Below are positions 1 to 7,002 of a stretch of 35,112 nucleotides of DNA, in pieces; position 1 is the stretch's first letter; every line of letters begins with the position of its first letter. Both the position numbers and the translations under genes were made by a program. The DNA is taken from the NCBI GenBank assembly GCA_035758935.1, contig DASTVU010000672.1:1-35112 (forward strand), in the 5' to 3' direction. The stretch comes from Pyrinomonadaceae bacterium. Its GTDB lineage: Bacteria; Acidobacteriota; Blastocatellia; Pyrinomonadales; Pyrinomonadaceae. The notes below the pieces were generated by a model. That model was not told the origin of the DNA. It did no database searches and saw nothing but the letters and a program-made list of their open reading frames with translations.

Positions 1-1107
1 TTTCGTGTAACGCCAGCGAATCGCGTTGGCGGTCTGATCGCCCTTGCCGCCCATCTTGATTGCGAGCAAGCCATTCTCTGACGCCATCATCGCGCGAAAC
101 ACTTCCCAATCTTTCGCGTTCAACTTCTCGTCGCGATTCATATCAAACGCTTCGAACGCAGCGACCAGCATTTTGTCCATTGGCGCAGTGCCGCCGGCTG
201 CGGAAACCTCAGCCTTCGTGATCATCTGATCTTTATCTTTGTCGTAAGCACCGAGCCCTTGTTCAAACGAAATCGTCGGCACCTGCCGGCCCGGTTGGTT
301 TTGCGGAAATCCCCAGCCGTTGATGTAGAGATATTCAGAATCGTGACTCGCGATCGACTTCATCTCGCACGCCAGCCCGCGAACCCACCAGACTCTTTTG
401 CCGTCTGCAACGGAGTACGCCGACAGTTGAAACGACTCAGGAACAATGATTTGCTTCGGACCTTGTGCAGGTTTATAAACAATCGGTGTCGAGTAGCCGG
501 AGATCACGATTGGCCGCTCGATTTTCCAGCGTACCTTGCCACTGTTTTTATCAACCGCAACCATGTAGGAATTAGGGTTGTCCTGATCGACAGGCAATAT
601 GACCTTGTCATCAACGAGGATCGGCGACGCGCCGAAGCCGTAGAACATGTTGAATGGACCAAGCGGAAGTTTCCAGCGCTCTTTGCCTTCGGCGTCGTAC
701 GAGATCATTCCGAAGTCCTGGAAGAAAACGTAGACGTTCGTGCCGTCAGTAACCGGAGTCGGAGATGCCGGACCGTTCACATTCTGCAAACGTCCTGCTT
801 GCGCGCGTGGCGCTTCCTTTTGCCAGAGAATCTTGCCCGTTTGCCGATCCAAAGCGATCACAAACAGTTTTTCCTTGTCGTGTGCGGTGACGAAGATTCG
901 ATCGCGCGTCAACACCGGAGACGAATGGCCCGGCGGGAGTGCAGTTTTCCAAACGACGTTTTTGTTTGGTCCAAACTCCGTGGGCAAACCTTTGGTTTCA
1001 GAAACGCCGGTTCCATTCGGTCCACGAAACTGTGACCACTCATCGCTGGCAAAGCTGGTCAGTGACGTCACAAAAAGAATTGCGACAAGAAGAATGGGCT
1101 TTAACAT
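1..1107 (-). CDS. PQQ-like beta-propeller repeat protein with C-terminal EF-hand-like loops (partial; C-terminus lies beyond the left edge)
   Basis: Absent from the ORF track because no stop lies in the window. The reverse strand from ATG 1107-1105 is open to position 1 (369 codons): MLKPILLVAILFVTSLTSFASDEWSQFRGPNGTGVSETKGLP..VWKTALPPGHSSPVLTRDRIFV..ALDRQTGKILWQ..AVDKNSGKVRWK. This gives a signal peptide plus repeated D-x-x-(T/S)G-K-x-x-W blades typical of PQQ/BamB-like propellers. The tail has DKDKDQMITKAE and DMNRDEKLNAKDWE loops. The + strand ORFs 259..1035 and 740..1132 are its antisense shadow. Confidence 0.75.
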   Translation of the reverse strand, partial: MLKPILLVAILFVTSLTSFASDEWSQFRGPNGTGVSETKGLPTEFGPNKNVVWKTALPPGHSSPVLTRDRIFVTAHDKEKLFVIALDRQTGKILWQKEAPRAQAGRLQNVNGPASPTPVTDGTNVYVFFQDFGMISYDAEGKERWKLPLGPFNMFYGFGASPILVDDKVILPVDQDNPNSYMVAVDKNSGKVRWKIERPIVISGYSTPIVYKPAQGPKQIIVPESFQLSAYSVADGKRVWWVRGLACEMKSIASHDSEYLYINGWGFPQNQPGRQVPTISFEQGLGAYDKDKDQMITKAEVSAAGGTAPMDKMLVAAFEAFDMNRDEKLNAKDWEVFRAMMASENGLLAIKMGGKGDQTANAIRWRYTK

Positions 1108-1161
1108 TGTTACTGGCTCCGTTGTAAAGTGAGCAGATAATAACGCCTTCACGGTTCGGGG

Positions 1162-1180
1162 TAAATCTGTGTAATCTGTG
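1162..1180. repeat. Solo arm of the CACAGAT-type repeat family (taaatctgtgtaatctgtg)
   Basis: Same core as the arms at 31766..31814 and 12287..12307. Lies in the divergent spacer between the propeller gene and 1203..1970. Confidence 0.6.
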
Positions 1181-1202
1181 AACTGAAAGGAACCCGACAG
1201 AG

Positions 1203-1970
1203 ATGAAAACAATCTTTCTCCTCCTGGCTTTTGTTTCGTACGCGGCGGCGCAGAATCCCACGCTACAAAAAGACCGCCAGGTTCTATTAGACTTTCGAGT
1301 CGACCGGAAAATTCCCGATATCAGGATTCCAGCCGCGACTCAAAAAAATGTTCTTTCAAAAGTATTTCGCAGATACCTGAGTGACTCGAACCGTTGTAAC
1401 TCCGAAATCGATACCAGCAAAGGCACAGATCCCCTTGCCGAGGCACGCAAAGCCGGACAGATTGTGCCGTTGATTGTCGACATGACGACCGGGAGCTTCA
1501 CAGCCGCAAATCAGACTCAGACTCTGTACGTGATCTCTGTAAGTGAGTGCAACGCTTCTCACGCTGATAACTACGGCACGAAGCGAGTTGCAATCTTCGC
1601 GGGCCAACAAATGGTCGCCGATGTAGACGCTGATTTCGCGAGCAACATCGTGCGTAAGTCCGATCTCAACAGCGACGGCATCGACGAACTATTGATGACC
1701 ACTGGCGACATGGCCCAGGGAACGCTGATTGAGATGGCAACGCTCGTTAGCTTTCAAGGTGGGCGCCGCCGTGTGATTCAAGATTTTGGTTCAGTCGTCG
1801 AGGACTCATGCGCTTCGGAAATGCCGAGCGCCACTTCAGACGCATCAGTGCTTTACATCTCCGACGTCGTTCCCGGAAATATGCCGAAGATCACTCAGGA
1901 GAATTACAGTTCGGGCTGCCGTGGTAAGGCGAGACGCTGGAAACTCGTCTCACGCGGCAAGAGACAATAG
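1203..1970 (+). CDS. Secreted hypothetical protein
   Basis: ORF track. N-terminal MKTIFLLLAFVSYAAAQ looks like a signal peptide. DLNSDGIDELL resembles an FG-GAP/Ca-binding loop. No family recognised. Confidence 0.6.
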   Translation: MKTIFLLLAFVSYAAAQNPTLQKDRQVLLDFRVDRKIPDIRIPAATQKNVLSKVFRRYLSDSNRCNSEIDTSKGTDPLAEARKAGQIVPLIVDMTTGSFTAANQTQTLYVISVSECNASHADNYGTKRVAIFAGQQMVADVDADFASNIVRKSDLNSDGIDELLMTTGDMAQGTLIEMATLVSFQGGRRRVIQDFGSVVEDSCASEMPSATSDASVLYISDVVPGNMPKITQENYSSGCRGKARRWKLVSRGKRQ

Positions 1971-1984
1971 TGATGTTGGATTTT

Positions 1985-2082
1985 CTCTGTGCAACCTCTG
2001 TGTTGTCTGTGTCTCTGTGGTAAATGTTATCCACGAAACTGATCCCCCACAGAGACACAGAGAACACAGAGGTTGCACAGAG
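1985..2082. repeat. Long palindromic element, CACAGAG type (36-nt arms, 26-nt loop)
   Basis: Left arm ctctgtgcaacctctgtgttgtctgtgtctctgtgg (1985..2020). The right arm (2047..2082) is its reverse complement with one mismatch in 36. The right arm ends one base before ATG 2083 and contains the only SD-like AGAGG. Confidence 0.9.
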
Positions 2083-3042
2083 ATGCTTAGTCCTACCTTT
2101 GAAGACGTAATTGCCGCGCGCGAGTTCATCGCGCCGTACTTGCCAAAGACGCCTCTCATCCGCGTAAGAGCACTGTCAGAGCTGCTCGATTGCGACTACT
2201 ACGCAAAGTTGGAAAACCTGCAACCGGTTGGCGCATTCAAGGTGCGCGGCGGCGTAAACCTCGTCGGCACTGCGAGTGATCAGGAACGACGCACAGGCCT
2301 CGTTGCGGCGTCGACCGGGAATCACGGCCAGTCACTCGCATACGCCGGTCGTCTCTTTAGTTGTCGGGTCATCATTTATGCACCTGCCGAGAACGTGAAC
2401 GAATCGAAGATGCAGGCGATTCGCGATCTCGGAGCGGAAGTCAGATATCACGGACGCAATTTTGACGAAGCACGACAGGAATGCGAGCGAGTCGCAGTCG
2501 AGCAAGGGCTTCGTTATGTACATTCGGCAAACGAAACAAAATTGATTGCGGGCGTCGGTACGATTGGACTGGAGATCTTTGAGGATCTCTCAGACGTCGA
2601 CGTCATTATCGCGCCTGCCGGTGGCGGTAGTTGCGCTGCGGGAAATTGCATCGTCACGAATGAGCTCAATCCAAACGTGAAGGTGATCGCAGTTCAATCG
2701 GAGGCAGCGCCCGCGATGTGGCACGCCTGGCGCAACCGATCGCTGGACCCGTATCCAACGATGAACACAGAGCACGAAGGTCTCGCGACGCGCGTGCCTT
2801 TTGAGCTCACAAACAAGATCCTTTGGGAAGTGCTCCACGACTTTACGCTCGTGAGTGATAGTGAGATCAACGACGCTGTGAGGTTGCTTGCGCGTCATGC
2901 AAAGCAAGTCAGCGAAGGAGCAGGAGCGGCTTCCCTCGCTGCCGCGATCAAACTTCGCGATGAGTTGCGCGGAAAGAAAGTTGTTGGCATCGTGTCTGGT
3001 GGAAATCTCCCGCTCGAACGCTTTGCTAAATTAATAGGTTGA
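2083..3042 (+). CDS. Threonine/serine dehydratase-like PLP-dependent enzyme (fold type II)
   Basis: ORF 1786..3042 trimmed to in-frame ATG 2083 (MLSPTFEDVIAAREF), because the upstream part only translates the palindrome. Motifs: ENLQPVGAFKVRGG (Schiff-base Lys context), STGNHGQSLAYA, APAGGGS glycine loop. Confidence 0.85.
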   Translation: MLSPTFEDVIAAREFIAPYLPKTPLIRVRALSELLDCDYYAKLENLQPVGAFKVRGGVNLVGTASDQERRTGLVAASTGNHGQSLAYAGRLFSCRVIIYAPAENVNESKMQAIRDLGAEVRYHGRNFDEARQECERVAVEQGLRYVHSANETKLIAGVGTIGLEIFEDLSDVDVIIAPAGGGSCAAGNCIVTNELNPNVKVIAVQSEAAPAMWHAWRNRSLDPYPTMNTEHEGLATRVPFELTNKILWEVLHDFTLVSDSEINDAVRLLARHAKQVSEGAGAASLAAAIKLRDELRGKKVVGIVSGGNLPLERFAKLIG

Positions 3043-3043
3043 A

Positions 3044-3162
3044 CTTGGAAGGAGTCAGTACCGTAACGCGGTAGCGTCGGGTGAAGTCTTGAGTTTCTAA
3101 GAGCTACTGATGCACTACATTCGACCCGACGCTACCGCGTTACGGTACTGACCGCCTCCAAG
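3044..3162. repeat. Long imperfect inverted repeat (39-nt arms, 41-nt loop); single copy in the window
   Basis: cttggaaggagtcagtaccgtaacgcggtagcgtcgggt (3044..3082) pairs with acccgacgctaccgcgttacggtactgaccgcctccaag (3124..3162), with 3 mismatches. Starts 2 nt after the dehydratase stop and is followed by aaaaagtttt. Confidence 0.85.
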
Positions 3163-3207
3163 AAAAAGTTTTGAGGCAAGAGCCAACTACGAACATGGGG
3201 AGGAACA

Positions 3208-3468
3208 ATGGCAGAACTGTTGCAGGAGTACACAACTGTTATCACCGGTCCGGATGATACGACTTACACCGCGCGTAGCTACGGAGAAGAGCGCGCTGAT
3301 GGAACGTGGATTGGCTGGATTGAGTTTGAGCCGGTTGATCCGAGTAAACCAATGCTCGTGACCGATCAGGAAACATCACAAGCGAATCGAGTCGCCGTTG
3401 AATACTGGGCCACCGGGCTTGAGGCTGTTTACTTCGAAGGCGCATTGGAACGCGCGCACACCAGGTAA
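3208..3468 (+). CDS. Small hypothetical protein (86 aa)
   Basis: ORF track. GGGGAGG Shine-Dalgarno 5-11 nt upstream of the ATG. Balanced, protein-like composition. No family recognised. Confidence 0.6.
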   Translation: MAELLQEYTTVITGPDDTTYTARSYGEERADGTWIGWIEFEPVDPSKPMLVTDQETSQANRVAVEYWATGLEAVYFEGALERAHTR

Positions 3469-3486
3469 TCCACAGATTACGCAGAT
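3469..3486. repeat. Solo arm of the CACAGAT-type repeat (tccacagattacgcagat)
   Basis: Matches the arm consensus (t/g)ccacagatta-cacagat. Lies between the stop at 3468 and the amidohydrolase ATG at 3485, overlapping that ATG. Confidence 0.55.
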
Positions 3487-4702
3487 GCGATCGAAGACAC
3501 TCGCTGCCTGCCTCGTACTTCTGATTTGCGCGTGCAGTGTTAGCGCGCAGGAGAAAACGAAAAGGCTCGTCATTGCTGCGAGCACCGTTCTTGACGGCAA
3601 AGGCGGTGTCGTTCATAACACACGCATCGTTATTGAAGGATCGAAGATCGTTAGGATCGATCCGAAAGCCGGACCAGTCGACTACGATCTGCGCGGGTTA
3701 ACGGTGTTGCCGGGATGGATCGATAGTCACGTCCACATTACGTGGAGTTTCGGTCCCGACGGAAAAAACGCAGGCGCCGGAGGAACCTCACGATTTTTCA
3801 CCGAAGCAGCCGCCGCTAACGCAAAAGCGACATTGATGGCCGGTTTCACCACCGTGCAAAGTGTCGGCTCGCCAAACGATCTGCCGTTGCGTGATGCGAT
3901 CGCAAAAGGAACTCTACCCGGTCCAAGAATTCTCACCTCCGCGGAACCACTCATGGGCCGCGGCGATCAAACCGGTACCCCCGAAGAGATTCGCGCGTTT
4001 GTTAGAAAACAAAAGGAAGCGGGTGCTGACGTAGTCAAAATCTTTGCTGCCGGCAGTGTTCGGCGGCCGCAGATGTTGTTATCGCAGGAACAACTGAACG
4101 CCGCTTGTGATGAAGCAAAGAAACTGGGTTTGCGCACGCTTGTTCATGCTTACCAGGACGCGGTTGGCGCCGCCGCGCGTGCCGGATGTACGCAGATTGA
4201 ACATGGAACGCTTGCGAGCGACGACGATTTGAAGTTACTGGTCCAGAAAGGCGTATGGCTCGATCCACAGGCGGGACTGGTGATGGAAAACTATCTGCTC
4301 AATAAGGACAAGTTCGTCGGCACGCTGGGTTTTCCGGAAGAAGCTTTCACAGTCATCAAAGAGATTATTCCCTCGTATCACGCGTTTCTGAAACAAGCGC
4401 TGAAGGTTCAGGGTCTGAAGATCGTCTTCGGCTCCGACGCACTGGCCGGGTCGCACGGAAGAAATGCGGAGGAGTTTGTCGATCGTGTGCTTGACGGAGG
4501 TGTTGATCCGATGGCAGCTATGGTTTCCGCCAACTCACTTGGGGCAGAAGCACTGGGCATGGGAAATCAGATTGGGTCGATCGCGCCCGGCCTGGAAGCT
4601 GACATCATCGCGCTCGATGGCGATCCTTTAAAGGACATTACCGCGGTACGTCGCGTTGTGTTTGTGATGAAGGGCGGAGTTGTTCACAAAAACCCGCGCT
4701 GA
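3485..4702 (+). CDS. Secreted metal-dependent amidohydrolase family protein
   Basis: ORF 3398..4702 trimmed to ATG 3485 (MRSKTLAACLVLLICACSVSAQE signal peptide). GWIDSHVHITW metal-binding HxH motif. C-terminal ADIIALDGDPLKDI..VMKGG typical of the amidohydrolase superfamily. Confidence 0.85.
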   Translation: MRSKTLAACLVLLICACSVSAQEKTKRLVIAASTVLDGKGGVVHNTRIVIEGSKIVRIDPKAGPVDYDLRGLTVLPGWIDSHVHITWSFGPDGKNAGAGGTSRFFTEAAAANAKATLMAGFTTVQSVGSPNDLPLRDAIAKGTLPGPRILTSAEPLMGRGDQTGTPEEIRAFVRKQKEAGADVVKIFAAGSVRRPQMLLSQEQLNAACDEAKKLGLRTLVHAYQDAVGAAARAGCTQIEHGTLASDDDLKLLVQKGVWLDPQAGLVMENYLLNKDKFVGTLGFPEEAFTVIKEIIPSYHAFLKQALKVQGLKIVFGSDALAGSHGRNAEEFVDRVLDGGVDPMAAMVSANSLGAEALGMGNQIGSIAPGLEADIIALDGDPLKDITAVRRVVFVMKGGVVHKNPR

Positions 4703-5137
4703 CTACTTACTCAACCTCCAACCTGCAAACGGCTTCACAGTGGCGCAAGTTGGACTACCATCCTTGCCTGTTCCCGGTACGCGCGCTTCAAGAACTTTCT
4801 TTCCACCTGTTGCCTGATTCACAACGTCCCACGTGATATCTCGGAATGGAACTTTCAACCGGCGACTCCAGTGTGTGTCCGTCTGTCCTGCATAAGTTCC
4901 GATGCCAATGTAAACGAATCGCTCTTGAGGTGGTCCCTGTACAAATGGACCAAGGAGTGTCGGAGATCCATCTTTTCCCTCTTTGACGCGCACATCAAAC
5001 TCGAAGCTCAGGTCTCCTTTGCCGGACCGCTGCTTCTGCACGACTTCAAAGTCGTTTCCACGACCCTTCTGCAAACCAAAATCAATACCGGGCGGCGGAC
5101 TCGCCAGGATTATTCGAAAAGTAAGTTCCTGCTCCAT
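4703..5137 (-). CDS. DUF5990-like conserved protein
   Basis: ORF 4703..5197 trimmed to ATG 5137 (MEQELTFRIILASPPPGIDFGLQKG); the extra 20 codons read into the repeat at 5155..5227. Remembered family pattern: PP.G..F.LQ.G ... LLGPFVQGPP..RFVY...GT.AGQ...WSRR.KVP...ITW ... LEAR..GT.KDG.P.CATV. Confidence 0.7.
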   Translation of the reverse strand: MEQELTFRIILASPPPGIDFGLQKGRGNDFEVVQKQRSGKGDLSFEFDVRVKEGKDGSPTLLGPFVQGPPQERFVYIGIGTYAGQTDTHWSRRLKVPFRDITWDVVNQATGGKKVLEARVPGTGKDGSPTCATVKPFAGWRLSK

Positions 5138-5154
5138 GCCCCAAAGATAGACCC

Positions 5155-5227
5155 AGCCACAAAAAAGCACAAAAGGCACAAGAAAACAGATAATCACTTT
5201 TTGTGCTTCTTGTGCCTTTTTGTGGCT
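5155..5227. repeat. Palindromic element, GCACAAA type
   Basis: agccacaaaaaagcacaaaaggcacaag ... cttgtgcctttttgtggct. Outer 11 nt are perfectly complementary; inner units are permuted (about 3 mismatches). Confidence 0.85.
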
Positions 5228-5232
5228 GTGAT

Positions 5233-6042
5233 TTATTTCAACAAATTCGAAACTTCGAGCACTTGCTCGGGCCTCGCTCGCACCCAGTAGTTTTCAGTCA
5301 GATTGATCCATCGCACCGTGCCCGTTGAATCGACCAGGAACTCTGCCGGGCGTGCGATGTCATGACCATCCTCACCGGCACCCGCATGGACCAGATCGTA
5401 ACGACGAATCACTTCAACGCTCTGATCGGAGAGTAATGGGAAAGTGTAACCTTGTTGCTGCGCGAGATCGCGTGACGCATCAGGAGCATCAACACTGATC
5501 GCAACCGGACGTATGCCCACTTCGCTCAACTTGTCCAAACTTTTTTCAATACCCCGCAACTCGGAGTTGCACAAAGGTCACCAGTAGCCTCGGTAGAAGA
5601 TCAGCAGCACGCCTCTAGGCGCCTTGCCGTTGATCGGCGTGGTCATTAGTTCGTTGAGTGACACCTGCTTGCCTGTGGTATCAGGCAGAGTAAAGTCTGG
5701 CGCTCGCTGACCGACTTGCGGTGCACCTTTCGACGCCGGCAACATGCGTCCGCCAACGAAGTACGCAAAAACAAATAAACCAATCACGAGGACGCCAAAT
5801 GCAGTTACGAGCACGCTGATGATCTTCGAGCGCGTGGGATGCGGGCGATCCGAAGCAAAGCCCCGTCGCAGTCCCACGAACAGCAACACTCCCGCAAGCA
5901 GGAAGAGCAAGAAGTTGGCCCACGGAAAGTCGCGTGTAAGCGGGAACCAGACGAAGATGAAGAAGTAACTCATGAAGGCCGCGACGGTGAGCAGTAAGCC
6001 CACCCAGAGCGGCCAGTTAATGCGTCGTAATATCGTGTCCAT
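5233..6042 (-). CDS. Membrane-anchored peroxiredoxin-like (AhpC/TSA/redoxin family) protein with in-frame TGA at the first redox Cys; candidate selenoprotein (alternatively a pseudogene)
   Basis: ORFs 5578..6042 and 5233..5574 are in the same frame, separated only by TGA (5578..5580). Read-through gives ..APDFTLPDTTGKQVSL..GVLLIFYRGYW-[TGA]-PLCNSELRG..VAISVD..GYTFPLLSD... The family motif is FYRG.WCP.C, so the TGA replaces the first Cys. The M that starts ORF 5233..5574 is really the TTG Leu codon of PLC. The N-terminus has 4 predicted TM helices. Confidence 0.6.
5551..5577 (-). promoter_or_regulatory. Candidate SECIS-like hairpin immediately 3' of the TGA
   Basis: mRNA: UGA CCUUUGUGCAAC UCCGA GUUGCGGGG. 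It forms GCAAC/GUUGC plus a U-G extension, with C/U-G pairs beyond a bulge. The 5-nt apical loop contains a G about 19 nt from the U of UGA. Confidence 0.4.
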
Positions 6043-6046
6043 GGTG

Positions 6047-6427
6047 TTAACGACTAAACGGTCTTAACTTCGTTCTACCATACGCAACGAACGCGCACAG
6101 CAAAGCAATTATCAAATTCGGAAAAGCCGGTCCAAAACCATCGCCCATCGCCACTACAACCGTTGCACCGATCATAATGATCGTTAATCCGATGGCAGCA
6201 AGCACCGTCAGATATGGCTTTATCCGCAAAAGTCCCGGAAGTAGTAATCCGAGTCCACCAAGTATTTCACACACGCCGATGAAATGAATAAACCACCCGG
6301 GAAACAGTATCTGGTTCGGCGATCCCATACTTCGCATTTGCTCGATCGTGTAATAGAACTTGGTGCCGCCCGCAAACAAGAATAGTAACCCCAAAAGTAT
6401 CTGAAGTATCCAAAGTAAGATGTTCAT
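6047..6427 (-). CDS. DoxX family membrane protein
   Basis: 126 aa, four hydrophobic helices. N-terminus MNILLWILQILLGLLFLFAGGTKF is typical of DoxX. Stop lies 4 nt before the start of the peroxiredoxin-like gene (operon). Confidence 0.8.
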   Translation of the reverse strand: MNILLWILQILLGLLFLFAGGTKFYYTIEQMRSMGSPNQILFPGWFIHFIGVCEILGGLGLLLPGLLRIKPYLTVLAAIGLTIIMIGATVVVAMGDGFGPAFPNLIIALLCAFVAYGRTKLRPFSR

Positions 6428-6568
6428 GTTTAGTGTCCTTAAAGAATCAAGATCGATTACTACATCGCAAAGGAATCAGTGCACGCAAACGCGTGTCGTT
6501 TAAATCGAGTCCAAGCCAGAGCAACACTCAAGTTTGCAAATCAGTTTGCGCCATCACTCCTCCAAACT

Positions 6569-6925
6569 TCACTGCTGCGGCAGTCCTTTAATCTCCAACA
6601 CCGGACGAATCTCGATCGTGCCGTACTTCGCACCCGGAATACGTTCAGCAATGCTCATCGCCTCGTCGAGATCACGCGCGTCGATCAGGTAGTAGCCGCC
6701 GAGTGCCTCACGAGTTTCAGCGAATGGACCATCCGTGACCAGCCGTTTGCCAGAGCGCACGCGGACACTCGTGGCGGTCGCCACCGGATGCAAAGGACTA
6801 GCCGCCAGGTATTTGCCCGAAGCGTTGAGATCCTGTGCGAGTTGTGCCGACTCGACATAACAATGGTCACGCTCACTGTCGGTCATGGCGTCTTCCGCGA
6901 GATAAACCAGTAACATGTATTTCAT
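6569..6925 (-). CDS. YciI family protein
   Basis: MKYMLLVY start; DGPFAETREALGGYYLIDARDLDEAMSIA core typical of the YCII domain. Confidence 0.85.
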   Translation of the reverse strand: MKYMLLVYLAEDAMTDSERDHCYVESAQLAQDLNASGKYLAASPLHPVATATSVRVRSGKRLVTDGPFAETREALGGYYLIDARDLDEAMSIAERIPGAKYGTIEIRPVLEIKGLPQQ

Positions 6926-7002
6926 AATTTCGTGCCTCCACTGCTAAATCGAACGGCGAGCTATAGAATCGACACCTCAACCGAATTTTTTTATTATCAA
7001 AC

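Noticed and set aside
259-1132. Plus-strand ORFs 259..1035 (258 aa), 740..1132 and 939..1127
   Set aside because: Arg/Cys-rich, low-plausibility translations. They lie antisense to an uninterrupted 369-codon minus-strand frame with a clear signal peptide and beta-propeller repeats, so they are shadow ORFs.
5233-5574. ORF 5233..5574 as an independent 113-aa gene starting with Met
   Set aside because: Its start is a TTG that is the Leu of the W-[TGA]-P-L-C motif. It has no N-terminal half of the thioredoxin fold and is in frame with 5578..6042. It is better explained as one gene with Sec read-through, or as one pseudogene.
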